Shown: positions 9,244 to 18,306 of the stretch, in pieces
How the letters are laid out: every line of letters starts with the position of its first letter
How positions within the stretch are numbered: the first letter of the stretch is position 1
Source of the DNA: Solirubrobacteraceae bacterium
Lineage (GTDB): Bacteria; Actinomycetota; Thermoleophilia; Solirubrobacterales; Solirubrobacteraceae
Reading direction: 5' to 3'
Length of the DNA stretch: 64,000 nucleotides
NCBI GenBank assembly: GCA_035567055.1
Contig: DATMQX010000002.1
Coordinates: 425-64,424 of the forward strand
Translations under genes and position numbers: made by a program
The notes under the pieces: generated by a model
Databases searched by the model: none
Told to the model about the DNA's origin: nothing
The model's input: the letters and a program-made list of their open reading frames with translations, nothing else

Positions 9244-9820
9244 GCGCAGCCACTCCCACAGCGAGCGCCGGCCGCAGGCCCACGCGTGGCGTGAACGGGT
9301 GCGTCCGCCCAGATTGGCCCGACACCTCCGCCCTCGCTGGAGGCATTCTCGCCTATGGCGTCATCCCCCAAAACAGGTGCGAATCCTCCTATGCGGCGAG
9401 GAGGTCGCCGTGCGCGACCTTCGGACAGCTCGTGCCCAGGGTATCAACGCGTCCCGAGCAGCTACCTCTGAATTCAGAGGAGGGAAACGCCGTGTTGGAC
9501 CGGCAGAACGTGTGGTCAAGCGTGATGCTTCCGTCGCGTACACAGCCTCAAACCGGTCCGAACCGGCGTCGCCCTTCCACGAATCCCCCTTCTACGAAGT
9601 GCGCGCCGCCGACTACTGGGCTCGCGGCTGGCCGGGACGTTCGCCCGCTTTCTCTAAGACTTGTCGGTGACACGCTTAGCTGGACGCAACGCGGCAGCGT
9701 GTCGCCCGACCTCGCCCGAGCGCGGCGTCCTTGTGACGTCGTGCTGAATCCGAAGGGGGTCTCCGGGCGGCTCTGATCGACACCATGCAGAACGGGTGTT
9801 GTCGATTGCAGGGAGGCTGC

Positions 9821-10516
9821 GTGCAGACCGAGCGGGATGCGGAGATCGTGGATTGGGTTGGCCGGCTCGGTGCCGCGGGCGCCGAGCACGTCATGGCCCG
9901 GTTCGGGATGGGTCGCAGCTGGGCGTACGCCCGCCTCAGCCGCCTGGTCGAGGACGGTCTGCTCGAGCAGACGCAGCTGCTTCACCGCCAGCCAGGGCTG
10001 TATGTCGCGACCGCGGAAGGGTTGCGCTGGCGTGGATTGCAGCGCCTCGGTGTCCACCGGCTGAGCGTCGGCGGGTTCGAGCACGCCCGCCAGGTCGCCA
10101 CCGCGGCCGTAGCGCTGCACGAGGGCCTGGTGCATTGGACGCTGTTGAGCGAGCGCGAGCTGCGCGTCGTCGAGAGCGAGTGCGGCGAGCTCGTCGCCTC
10201 CTCTCGCCTCGGCGAGCTGCCCGGCGGACGACCCGCGCTCCACCGCCCCGATCTCGCGCTCATCTCGCCCGAACACCGAGTTCTCGCGGTCGAGGTCGAG
10301 CTGTCGATCAAGGCGCCAAGGCGGTTGCAGGCGATCTGCCGCGGGTACGCCCGCGCCCGCCACATACGCCACGCCTACTACCTCGCCAACGGCGCCGCCG
10401 GCCGAGCCGTCACCCGGGCCGTCGAGGTGACCCGCGCGCGGGACCGCATCGCCGTCCTCGCGCTCCACGACGTCGGCGCGCTCGTCGCATTGGAGCTGGG
10501 CCGTGCAGGCGCTTGA
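9821..10516 (+). CDS. Replication-relaxation (Replic_Relax) family protein
   Basis: GGAGG RBS before GTG 9821; N-terminal HTH 'RDAEIVDWVGRLG...AYARLSRLVEDGLL', then 'HRPDLAL' and 'LAVEVELSIK' nuclease-like motifs. Confidence 0.8.
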   Translation: MQTERDAEIVDWVGRLGAAGAEHVMARFGMGRSWAYARLSRLVEDGLLEQTQLLHRQPGLYVATAEGLRWRGLQRLGVHRLSVGGFEHARQVATAAVALHEGLVHWTLLSERELRVVESECGELVASSRLGELPGGRPALHRPDLALISPEHRVLAVEVELSIKAPRRLQAICRGYARARHIRHAYYLANGAAGRAVTRAVEVTRARDRIAVLALHDVGALVALELGRAGA

Positions 10517-12086
10517 GCACGCCCTCAAGACCCTCATGGTGCTCACCGGCATCGTGGTCGGCATTGGCGTCGCGGCCGCGGCGCTGCTCCGCATAGGCAG
10601 CCTGAGGTGGACCTGGGCGCTCCCCGGCCTCGTCTTGGCGGCGGTCGTGTTCGACGTTGACCGCCTCGCCGGCCTGGTGATCGGCTCCGCGTCGCTGCTG
10701 GCGTGCGTGCTCGGTGCGAGCTGGCACGGGAGCGACCTCGGCCACGGCGCGGACCTCGCCGACGCGGCCCGCGCCCGGCTCGGAATGCTCAGACTGTTCC
10801 GCCGTCATCTGCATCGGCGACGAACGGAACGCGAGGGCTGGATCAGCGACGGCCGGCTCACCGTCGGCCGCGACGACCAGGGCCTGCCGGTGTCGATACC
10901 TGTCGGGTACGAGTCGGGTTCGCACACGCTGGTGCTGGGTGCGACGGGTTCGGGGAAGACGGTCAGCGAGGCATGGATCGCCTGCCGCCTCATCGAGGAG
11001 GGCCATGGTGCGATCGTGGTCGACCCGAAGGGGGACCGGATGCTCCACCAGGAGCTCCAGGCCGCCGCCGCGCGTCGGGGCGCGCGCTTTCTGGAGTGGA
11101 CCCCGGAGGGGCCGCTCGCGTACAACCCTTATGCGCAAGGTTCCGATACGGAGATCGCGGACAAGGCGCTGTCGGGGGAGACGTTCACCGAGCCGCACTA
11201 CCTCCGCCAGGCGCAGCGCTACCTCGGCCACGCGATCCGCGTGATGCACGCCGCCGGTGTCCCGGTCACCCCTGTTTCGTTGATGAAACACCTGGACCCG
11301 GGTGAGCTTGAGTTCACCGCACGACAGCTGCCCGATGAGGGGGCATCTGTCGTGCTCGCGTACCTGGACTCCCTCACCGACCGTCAACGGCGTGACCTCG
11401 CGGGTGTCCGTGACCGGCTGTCGATCCTGGCCGAGTCCGACGCGAGTGAGTGGCTCGACCCGCGTCAGGCGAACGTTGCGCTCGATATCCAGCAGGCGGT
11501 CCAGGAGCGGGCGGTCGTGTACTTCCGGCTCGACTCCGACCGACGGCCGCTGCTGGCCGGCATGCTGGCAGCCGCGATCGTCGGGGATCTGATCGCGTTG
11601 GTCGCACGGCTCCAGGCGAACCCAATCCCGACAGTCGTCGTGATCGACGAGTTCTCGGCCGTAGCGGCCGACCAGGTCGCCCGCCTGTTCGGCCGCGCCC
11701 GCTCCGCCGGTGTGAGCCTGATCCTGGGCACCCAGGAGCTCGCCGACCTCAAGACCGCCGCCGACGGGCTACGCGAGCAGACGCTGGGGAACGTCGCGAC
11801 CGTCATTGCTCACCGGCAGAACGTGCCCGAGTCCGCCGAGCTGATCGCCGCGACGGCCGGCACCAAACCCGTATGGGTCACAACCGAGCAAACCGAAGAC
11901 GGATTCCTGGCCGGCGGCCCGAGCGGCCGCGGTAGCCGCCGCCGCGGCTACGAGTACGAGATCCACCCATCCCAGCTGAAGCGGCTGCGAACGGGGTTCG
12001 CAGCCGTGATCACGCCCGGGAGCGGCCAGCGCCCCGTGATCGCGCGGATGTGCCATCCGAGCGAGGTGCCCCCGCGACGACGCTAG
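10503..12086 (+). CDS. Type IV coupling protein, VirD4/TraD-like (TraM-recognition domain)
   Basis: N-terminal TM helices, Walker A GATGSGKT, 'VDPKGD', Walker B 'VVIDEF', 'RARSAGVSLILGTQ'. Confidence 0.85.
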   Translation: MQALEHALKTLMVLTGIVVGIGVAAAALLRIGSLRWTWALPGLVLAAVVFDVDRLAGLVIGSASLLACVLGASWHGSDLGHGADLADAARARLGMLRLFRRHLHRRRTEREGWISDGRLTVGRDDQGLPVSIPVGYESGSHTLVLGATGSGKTVSEAWIACRLIEEGHGAIVVDPKGDRMLHQELQAAAARRGARFLEWTPEGPLAYNPYAQGSDTEIADKALSGETFTEPHYLRQAQRYLGHAIRVMHAAGVPVTPVSLMKHLDPGELEFTARQLPDEGASVVLAYLDSLTDRQRRDLAGVRDRLSILAESDASEWLDPRQANVALDIQQAVQERAVVYFRLDSDRRPLLAGMLAAAIVGDLIALVARLQANPIPTVVVIDEFSAVAADQVARLFGRARSAGVSLILGTQELADLKTAADGLREQTLGNVATVIAHRQNVPESAELIAATAGTKPVWVTTEQTEDGFLAGGPSGRGSRRRGYEYEIHPSQLKRLRTGFAAVITPGSGQRPVIARMCHPSEVPPRRR

Positions 12087-12223
12087 TTTTCGCGCGTCTC
12101 CCAGTCTCCGGGATCCGGCTCAGACGGCTCGGGATTCCAGCCCTCAGTCTGCGGTTCCCCCGGATCGGGGCCTGACGGCTCCGGGTCGGGATCGGGCGGG
12201 ACTTCCTCGGGTTCCTCAGCCAC
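12083..12223 (-). CDS. 46-aa acidic Pro-rich peptide (below ORF-track cut-off)
   Basis: GAGAGG RBS then GTG: MAEEPEEVPPDPDPEPSGPDPGEPQTEGWNPEPSEPDPGDWETREN*, 10 bp downstream of the 12234-12728 gene. Confidence 0.45.
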   Translation of the reverse strand: MAEEPEEVPPDPDPEPSGPDPGEPQTEGWNPEPSEPDPGDWETREN

Positions 12224-12233
12224 AGCACACCTC

Positions 12234-12728
12234 TCAACTCAAGTCAACGATCCAAGCAATAACCTCGAGACCGACAAGTGCGGCTCCGACCTGTAGAAGC
12301 GTGTAACGGAACTCGAGCTTAGGCTCGTTTTCCCGATAGTACCGGCTCAGCCAGAGCGCCAACTCCCGCTGCATTGGCTCGAGGGCTTTGCCGGCGTCCG
12401 CATAGTCTCTAACGAGCAGCGTTGGATTGAACCCGAACCTCCACCCCTTGCGCTTAGGGATCAGGATCCAGATGGACGCGCAGCATGCTCCGACGAAAGC
12501 GACGACGGCAACTATCGCCCAGCCGTGAAGCGACGGGCGCACAGCTTCGGCACCGAACAGTCCCGTGGTCGTGGTCTTCAACGCTTGTCCCGCCAGAAAC
12601 GACATCACGAGCGCGGCGACCGACAACAGAGCGGCCGCACGGGTCCGCAGGCTCTCAAGGCGCTCGTGTTGTTCGGTGATCCGACGGACCGCCTCCTCGT
12701 AAACCAACGCTTGTGGCGAGTCAGCCAT
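12234..12728 (-). CDS. Small multi-TM membrane protein (Pycsar-effector-like topology)
   Basis: Helix 'YEEAVRRI..LESLRTRAAALL', two TMs, a soluble loop and a C-terminal TM. Confidence 0.6.
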   Translation of the reverse strand: MADSPQALVYEEAVRRITEQHERLESLRTRAAALLSVAALVMSFLAGQALKTTTTGLFGAEAVRPSLHGWAIVAVVAFVGACCASIWILIPKRKGWRFGFNPTLLVRDYADAGKALEPMQRELALWLSRYYRENEPKLEFRYTLLQVGAALVGLEVIAWIVDLS

Positions 12729-12859
12729 CGGAACAGTATGCGTTGGCCGTCAGATGGTGCGAAGCGTAGGCCGCCTCACCGGCACTTCACCTCGGAGAGG
12801 GGTCTAAAGGCGGGTCCTGTCGACATCCCTGAGAACGATCCAGCTCTCAAGGGGAGTCC

Positions 12860-13055
12860 ATGAGAGCAAGCAGCCGCAACGTCAACACGGTCACGGTCGC
12901 CGCCAGCTCACCAGCGACCCGGTACGCGACACGTCGGATGGACGCGGTGTTCTGCGACCTGCGTCGTGCGGTCAACGACCGGCGTGACCGGCCTCGGCTG
13001 TTCATCGACGTCGCGACGTTCGGAGCGAGTGCCGACGACTGCGCGGTAACCCACG
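12860..13055 (+). pseudogene. ssb: ssb fragment (5' half, compensating frameshifts)
   Basis: 'NVNTVT...CDLRRAVNDRRDRPRLFIDVATFG..AD.CA' aligns with the intact ssb at 13565; breaks off at a repeat. Confidence 0.75.
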
Positions 13056-13112
13056 CGCCGGGGGGCGTGGATCGACGTCCCCCCCGGGGAACCCCGCGAT
13101 CCGTCACAGTGA
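13056..13112 (+). repeat. Imperfect direct repeat A, copy 1
   Basis: CGCCGG(G/T)GGGGCGTGGATCGACG...CCCCGCGATC...GTGA, repeated at 13311-13364. Confidence 0.75.
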
Positions 13113-13118
13113 TGAATC

Positions 13119-13279
13119 AGACGAGACCTGTCGCAACCTCATGTTTGGAGCGGCTCGGCTGGCATAGCTCGATCGATCGAGCACGGCTGCTACCCGGCAT
13201 CGCGTGTGAGCAGGCCGCGGGGTTAGAGTCAGGGGATGGCTGAGAGATCGCTCGGCGACGACGTGTGCCCGAGATGCAG
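13119..13279 (+). repeat. ~160-bp promoter plus microgene 5' module, copy 1 (truncated)
   Basis: Aligns with 20710-20869, including CAACCTCATGTTT, GGTTAGAGTC and ATGGCTGAGAGATCGCTCGGCGACGACGT. Confidence 0.85.
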
Positions 13280-13310
13280 CGACGGAAGCGCGGGACGATG
13301 GGAGACAAGG

Positions 13311-13364
13311 CGCCGGTGGGGCGTGGATCGACGCCCCCCGGACCCCCGCGATCGACGACCGTGA
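13311..13364 (+). repeat. Imperfect direct repeat A, copy 2
   Basis: Matches 13056-13112. Confidence 0.75.
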
Positions 13365-13447
13365 CGTGTGAGGGTCAACCTCCCATCAACCCGAGCAAGA
13401 CCTAACCGGGGGCCAGGCGGTCCACTGCGCAATGGGTGAGCTGGTCT

Positions 13448-13564
13448 CGCAGGCTCGCCCGCGAGCCTGCGGCGAGCGGAGCGAAAAAGGGGAGGGGTCT
13501 CTTGCTGGGTTCGATCGACACGCGGGTGGAGGTGTCATGTCGAATCAACCGCAAGGAGGCCCTG
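13448..13564 (+). promoter_or_regulatory. Structured leader upstream of ssb (candidate single-stranded promoter / ssi-like hairpins)
   Basis: Perfect 11-bp stem CGCAGGCTCGC-CC-GCGAGCCTGCG (13448-13471), a second stem TCGACAC...GTGTCATGTCGA, and an AAGGAGG RBS. Confidence 0.4.
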
Positions 13565-13927
13565 ATGCCCAGTAGCGCCCCCAACGTAAACACAGTCACC
13601 TTGGTCGGCCAGCTCACCAGCGCCCCGGTCCTACGAGCAATGTCGGACGGACGCAACGTTTGCGACCTCCGATTGGCGGTCAACGACCAGCGCGACCAGC
13701 CGCCCATGTTCATCGACGTCGCCACGTTCGGCCCCGCCGCCGACGCGTGCGCCGAGTACCTCACCAAGGGACGCGCAGTCGCGGTCACCGGCCGCCTCGT
13801 CTACCGGGAGTGGGAGAAGGATGGCGTCAAACGCTCCAAGCACCAGGTCGTGGGTCGCGTCACCTTCGGTGGCCGCGACGCCGCCGGCGACGACGAAGTC
13901 ACCGGCGGCGGAGAGGCGAAGCGATGA
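13565..13927 (+). CDS. ssb: Short single-stranded DNA-binding protein lacking the acidic C-terminal tip
   Basis: 'NVNTVTLVGQLTSAP..CDLRLAVN..FIDVATFG..A..CAEYLTKGRAVAVTGRL..REWE' OB fold; AAGGAGG RBS. Confidence 0.9.
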   Translation: MPSSAPNVNTVTLVGQLTSAPVLRAMSDGRNVCDLRLAVNDQRDQPPMFIDVATFGPAADACAEYLTKGRAVAVTGRLVYREWEKDGVKRSKHQVVGRVTFGGRDAAGDDEVTGGGEAKR

Positions 13928-14181
13928 CTAGCGGGCCATCGCACCCCTCGACGGGACGCCTGCACCAACGGGGGGGTCGCCCGATAAGGCGCACCCGCTT
14001 TCCTTGCTCGGCGTGTGGTGGCCAGCGGTGACACGGTCGATCGCAATAGGCGCCGGGTGGAGAGGGACCTCCATTGTGGTAAGCGCCATTGATAGGGCGC
14101 CGAGGGAGACGCGCGCCAGTCGCCGTAAAACCGAGCCCGTCATGGGTGATACCGCAAGACCGGCCCGGCCACCCGCGGAGA

Positions 14182-14388
14182 CTAGTGGACAGTCACCTGG
14201 ACGTGCGACTGCCAGTTGGGGTCGCAGCCAGTGAGATGGCGCTCATAATGCTCACGCACTTGCGGACCGCTGATGACGTAGAGGCGTTCGCGGCCAGACG
14301 CCAGCCGGGGTGTTTTCCCGTATTCATCGTCGAGTTGGTCGAGTATCTGTTCGCCGCGCGGCGAGAGCGGCCGTAGTCCAATGTCCAC
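14182..14388 (-). CDS. Small hypothetical protein
   Basis: 68 aa with protein-like composition ('LSPRGEQILDQLD...LTGCDPNWQSHV'). Confidence 0.5.
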   Translation of the reverse strand: MDIGLRPLSPRGEQILDQLDDEYGKTPRLASGRERLYVISGPQVREHYERHLTGCDPNWQSHVQVTVH

Positions 14389-14427
14389 GTGCCTGACCCT
14401 ACCCGTATACCGAGCCCACCGGCCCGC

Positions 14428-14577
14428 CTAGTGACGCTTGCCGCAGTGTGGACACTCCCATCCGCCTCCCGCTTTCGCCTGATTCGGATTTACGTAGAGG
14501 TTGGCCCCGCACTTACTGCAGCGCACTCTAACGTTGTTCACAGACCCAGTTGCACTCGTTGTCGCCTTATACGCCAT
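14428..14577 (-). CDS. 49-aa zinc-ribbon microprotein
   Basis: AGGAGG RBS; MAYKATTSATGSVNNVRVRCSKCGANLYVNPNQAKAGGGWECPHCGKRH with two CxxC motifs. Confidence 0.65.
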   Translation of the reverse strand: MAYKATTSATGSVNNVRVRCSKCGANLYVNPNQAKAGGGWECPHCGKRH

Positions 14578-14744
14578 CGCTCCTCCTGTGTTCCGGTGCA
14601 GCCGGCTACGAGTCGGGTGGGCGATCGTATCGGCCGTATCCCAGCAAGTCAATTTCTCGTCGCCGAACGTGGAGGCCACTGCTCGATTGCGGCCCGGATT
14701 CGTTCGGCGACGGTCCCGCTCGGGGCTCGACCGACCCACGAGGA

Positions 14745-15050
14745 AGTGGCACAGCTGGCTGTCCGCCGGAGACGCCCACCGCTGGGCGCAGCGTCGACGA
14801 TATCCGCCTCGGCGTCTGTCTCGGGGTGGCAGAACACCCGATCGCCCACAATCGGCCCGAGTGCGGACGCGTGGGCCGAGTGCCTGTCCAAAGGACCCGC
14901 GGTCGCGGTCATCGGCCGGGTCGGGTACCGGAGTGGGAGAAGGACGGCGTCAAACGCTCGAAGCACGACGTCGTGGGTCGCGTCACGTTCGGTGGCCGCG
15001 ACCCCGCCGACCACCCCGTCGTCGGGGTAGAGAAGCGAAGCGATGACTAG
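14745..15050 (+). pseudogene. ssb: Degenerate ssb copy (frameshifted)
   Basis: 'GPSADAWAECLSKGPAVAVIGRVGY' and 'EWEKDGVKRSKHDVVGRVTFGGRD' lie in different frames; the 3' DNA matches 13803-13930 through GCGAAGCGATGACTAG. Confidence 0.8.
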
Positions 15051-15197
15051 AGCGCGTCGAACCGCTGGACCGGATGTTCGGGCGTCGGAGTAACGGCTGG
15101 GAGCCGCTGAGGGGCGCGAAATCGACCCCGTCGCATCGAGTGCCTGGACGTCCAAAACTGGATGGCAACCTGACGACGGGTCGGCGAAGCTTCGACG

Positions 15198-15809
15198 ATG
15201 CCGCAGAGCGACACAGCCAAGCCCAACACTCGCGCTGCTCGGCCCGGTCGACGCGTGACCATGGCGGCGAGCGTCCTCGTGATCATGCTCGCCCCGGCAG
15301 CTCTTAGCGATCCCGCCTGGGGGCTAGACATCATCGACCCGGGCGCGTTTCATCCGAATCCCGCGGAGAGGCCAATCACAGCTCTCGGCTCCAGCGATCG
15401 CAGCCTGAACGTCAAGAGCGACACGCTCAAGGGCGCTGACGAGCACCTGTTCGCAGACCAAAGGGATTCGACCGATCAGGATCGAAAAGACCTGGACTGG
15501 TGCATGTGGTCGGCCCTAGCCAGCATGGCTGGCGAAGTAGCAAACGGCCAAACGAACATCGACGGGACGCTCGAAGCATCCGTGGAAACCTGCCTGACGA
15601 ACCACCTCAGCGGCACAGCCGAGGCATCGAGCATCAGCTGGGTTGCGAAAGCAATGACCCTCCGCGACAACCTCCAAATGCTCGAATCGCTCGGTGACAC
15701 GGCCCAACAGGCGTGGGATTACCTGGCAACCGGCGGCACCATAGAACTTCCCGCCAACGAATGGGAACGATGGTTCAACGAAGACGCCGCCTCGGTCCCA
15801 CCCGTGTAG
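15198..15809 (+). CDS. Secreted hypothetical protein
   Basis: Signal-peptide-like 'MAASVLVIMLAPAALSDPAWG'; acidic mature region with two Cys. Confidence 0.55.
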   Translation: MPQSDTAKPNTRAARPGRRVTMAASVLVIMLAPAALSDPAWGLDIIDPGAFHPNPAERPITALGSSDRSLNVKSDTLKGADEHLFADQRDSTDQDRKDLDWCMWSALASMAGEVANGQTNIDGTLEASVETCLTNHLSGTAEASSISWVAKAMTLRDNLQMLESLGDTAQQAWDYLATGGTIELPANEWERWFNEDAASVPPV

Positions 15810-16140
15810 CGGCCTCGCCGCACGCCCCCATTCACGAGCTGCGTCCGCTCCGACCCGAGCGGAGCTATGTCACTGTCCGGGCGGGCCGCCGAGCTCCCCG
15901 TGGGAGTGATTCCGGTCCGGCGCGGGGCTCGACGAACGGTGCGCCACGACCTCGCTCGAACCCTCCTGATAGCCTGCGTACACGAAGAGACCATGGGGAT
16001 GGCTGTCGCAGGGGGGTGCGCTTGGGCGAGTCGGTCCAGCGCCTGATATTTGGCAGATCGACAGATCGTCGATACCTGGCAGTAGTCCTCGAAAACCCAG
16101 GCGGCGTGCCACCGCCACACGCGTTGGAAAGGGGAGCGGC

Positions 16141-16827
16141 GTGACCGATGATCAGATTCCGGGATATCCCGTCGACTTGGTTCTTTGCATTGACGGGACA
16201 AACAGCATGACCCCGATTATCGATGAAGTCAAGGGTCGGGCAAGTACGTTCCACGACGATCTGGCCAAGGAGATGGACGCCAAGGGAAAGATCATCGACA
16301 CCCTGAGAGTTCGAGTCATTGTGTTTCGAGACCTCGCCGTAGATGGAGCCGGTGCTATCGAGGCCTCGGAGTTCTTTACCTTGCCTGATGAGGCCGGCAA
16401 GTTCACCGCATTCGTTTCGGAGATTAGGGCCTACGGCGGCGGCGACGAGCCTGAGAGTGGCCTAGAGGCTCTTGCACTCGCCGTCCACTCGCCTTGGAAC
16501 ACATCTGGTGTCAAGCGGCGGCAACTCATCGCAGTGTGGACGGACGCGAGTGCGCATCCTCTCGATGGAACCACCAAAGGGGGCACGGTCAGCATCCAAG
16601 CGCCGATCCCGGCGGACTTCAACGCCATCACCGACTTCTGGCAAGGACAGGACGGACCCATGGACGCGAGCGCGCAGCGGCTCATCCTGTACGCGCCGGA
16701 CGCGTATCCGTGGACCGAAATCTCGAACCATTGGGTCAACGTCATCCACCATCCGTCGCGTGGCGGGTCGGGCTTATCGGATGTCGACTATCGCACGATC
16801 CTCGACACAATCTCGCAGAGCGTCTGA
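16141..16827 (+). CDS. von Willebrand factor A (vWA) domain protein
   Basis: MIDAS 'DLVLCIDGTNSM', 'GGGDEPESGLEAL', 'AVWTDASAH'. Confidence 0.85.
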   Translation: MTDDQIPGYPVDLVLCIDGTNSMTPIIDEVKGRASTFHDDLAKEMDAKGKIIDTLRVRVIVFRDLAVDGAGAIEASEFFTLPDEAGKFTAFVSEIRAYGGGDEPESGLEALALAVHSPWNTSGVKRRQLIAVWTDASAHPLDGTTKGGTVSIQAPIPADFNAITDFWQGQDGPMDASAQRLILYAPDAYPWTEISNHWVNVIHHPSRGGSGLSDVDYRTILDTISQSV

Positions 16828-16908
16828 CATGCGGGTGCTTGGTTTGTCACCACGGGCCGCACAAATGCGCGGCGACATCCGCGCGTCGCGAGCGCGAACG
16901 GGTCTCGT

Positions 16909-18306
16909 ATGCCCCCAGGCGTCCTCCTTGCGGACGGCGTACCGTTTCCTCCCGGCCGTGATCTAGGACCAATGGCCATGCCGGACAGCCTCGGATTTTC
17001 CCGTCGCGCTGACCGACTCGCTCACACGTTTCCCTCGGGGGGGGTACCGGGTGGCGGAGTGCACCTTCGGCATCGTTCACCGGACCCCCCAGGTCGTCGA
17101 CTCGATGATGCTCGCGATCGCAAACCGTGGGGCAGGCTGAGCAAAGGAGGCGGCGCCAAGGACGACGCCGCAACGGACGCATCTGCTGCGGTCGACGAAA
17201 GCGTCTTCTCGCAGGCGCACGGAACTTTCATCGCAGTCGAGTACGAGGCGATACCCGGTGAAGGCGAGGACGCCGAGCCGCTGCGGTTATTGGGCCCGAG
17301 CGACGTGGTCGTACTAGGCGTGTTCGACGGACTGGGTGGCGCAGGGGGAGCCAGATACGAGATCGAAGGCATGGAGCGAAAGGGAGCATATATCGCATCT
17401 AGGCTGGCGCGAGGGATCACCCTGCAGGAGGCCGAGCGCAGACTCGTGGCACCCGTAACTGATCTGGCATCTGCACTCAACATGGGAACACAGTTTGCCG
17501 CCGGGCTCGCCGAGCGGTTGCAGCTCGAGTTTCACCGCGTCGCGAGTTCGCTCGCGGGGGAGCCGAGCAGCCTCCGCAGCTCGATGGTTCGAGTGCTGCC
17601 GACGACCGCAGCACTCGTGATCGTCTGGCCGAGTCGCGATGGACGCGGGGTCGGTCCCGAGTCTCGTCTCGGTTGTGCGGTATGGGCTGGAGACTCGCGT
17701 ATTTACGTCCTCTCGCCCTCGCGGGGACTTGTCCAGGTCTCGTCGGACGACGCTCGCGTCAAGTCGGACGCGCTGGCAAGCCTAGAATCAGATCCGCCAA
17801 TCGATAACTGCATCAGCGCGAGTCGGGACTTTCGACTCAACACTTTTGCATGGGAGCTCAACGAGCCGAGTATCGTGTTCGCGGCGACAGACGGGTGCTT
17901 CGGTTACCTGCCGACCCCGGCACACTTCGAGATCGCCTTGTTGGACGCAATGAGTGGGGCGGCGACGTCGGAGGACTGGCAGCGTGGCCTAGCGGCCAGC
18001 ATCTCTTCGGTCGCACGAGACGACGCGAGTCTAGTCGCGGCGACGCTGGGGTTTGAGGACTTCAACGCACTGCGAGCGGCGTTTGAGCCCCGTCGGGCGT
18101 ATGTACAGAAGGAGTTCGTCGAGCCGTACGCCCTGCGTCAAGACGTCCTGTTAACAGCCGACAGGGAGCTCGCAGCGCTGAAGCAACGTCGCGACGAACT
18201 AGCCGAGGCACGCAGTCAGTGCGCCAAACAGCTCTGGCAGCGATACAGACCTGGCTATGAGCAGCTAGTTGCAGCGCAACTCCGTGACCAGGAGCCAGCG
18301 CCGTGA
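16909..18306 (+). CDS. PP2C-like (PPM) protein phosphatase with C-terminal coiled coil
   Basis: 'LGVFDGLGG', 'PTT', 'WAGDSRIY', 'FAATDGCFGY', 'RDDASL'. The real start is probably downstream of 16909. Confidence 0.8.
   Translation: MPPGVLLADGVPFPPGRDLGPMAMPDSLGFSRRADRLAHTFPSGGVPGGGVHLRHRSPDPPGRRLDDARDRKPWGRLSKGGGAKDDAATDASAAVDESVFSQAHGTFIAVEYEAIPGEGEDAEPLRLLGPSDVVVLGVFDGLGGAGGARYEIEGMERKGAYIASRLARGITLQEAERRLVAPVTDLASALNMGTQFAAGLAERLQLEFHRVASSLAGEPSSLRSSMVRVLPTTAALVIVWPSRDGRGVGPESRLGCAVWAGDSRIYVLSPSRGLVQVSSDDARVKSDALASLESDPPIDNCISASRDFRLNTFAWELNEPSIVFAATDGCFGYLPTPAHFEIALLDAMSGAATSEDWQRGLAASISSVARDDASLVAATLGFEDFNALRAAFEPRRAYVQKEFVEPYALRQDVLLTADRELAALKQRRDELAEARSQCAKQLWQRYRPGYEQLVAAQLRDQEPAP

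Noticed and set aside
9068-9670. Possible small gene before the relaxase (VRILLCGEEVAVRDL...)
   Set aside because: No clear start or RBS and no recognisable motif.
12234-12728. Complete Pycsar/CBASS system
   Set aside because: No adjacent nucleotide cyclase; the resemblance is topology only.
16141-18306. Definite vWA-phosphatase read-through fusion
   Set aside because: Open frames are common at this GC content and the linker looks non-coding; kept only as a low-interest finding.
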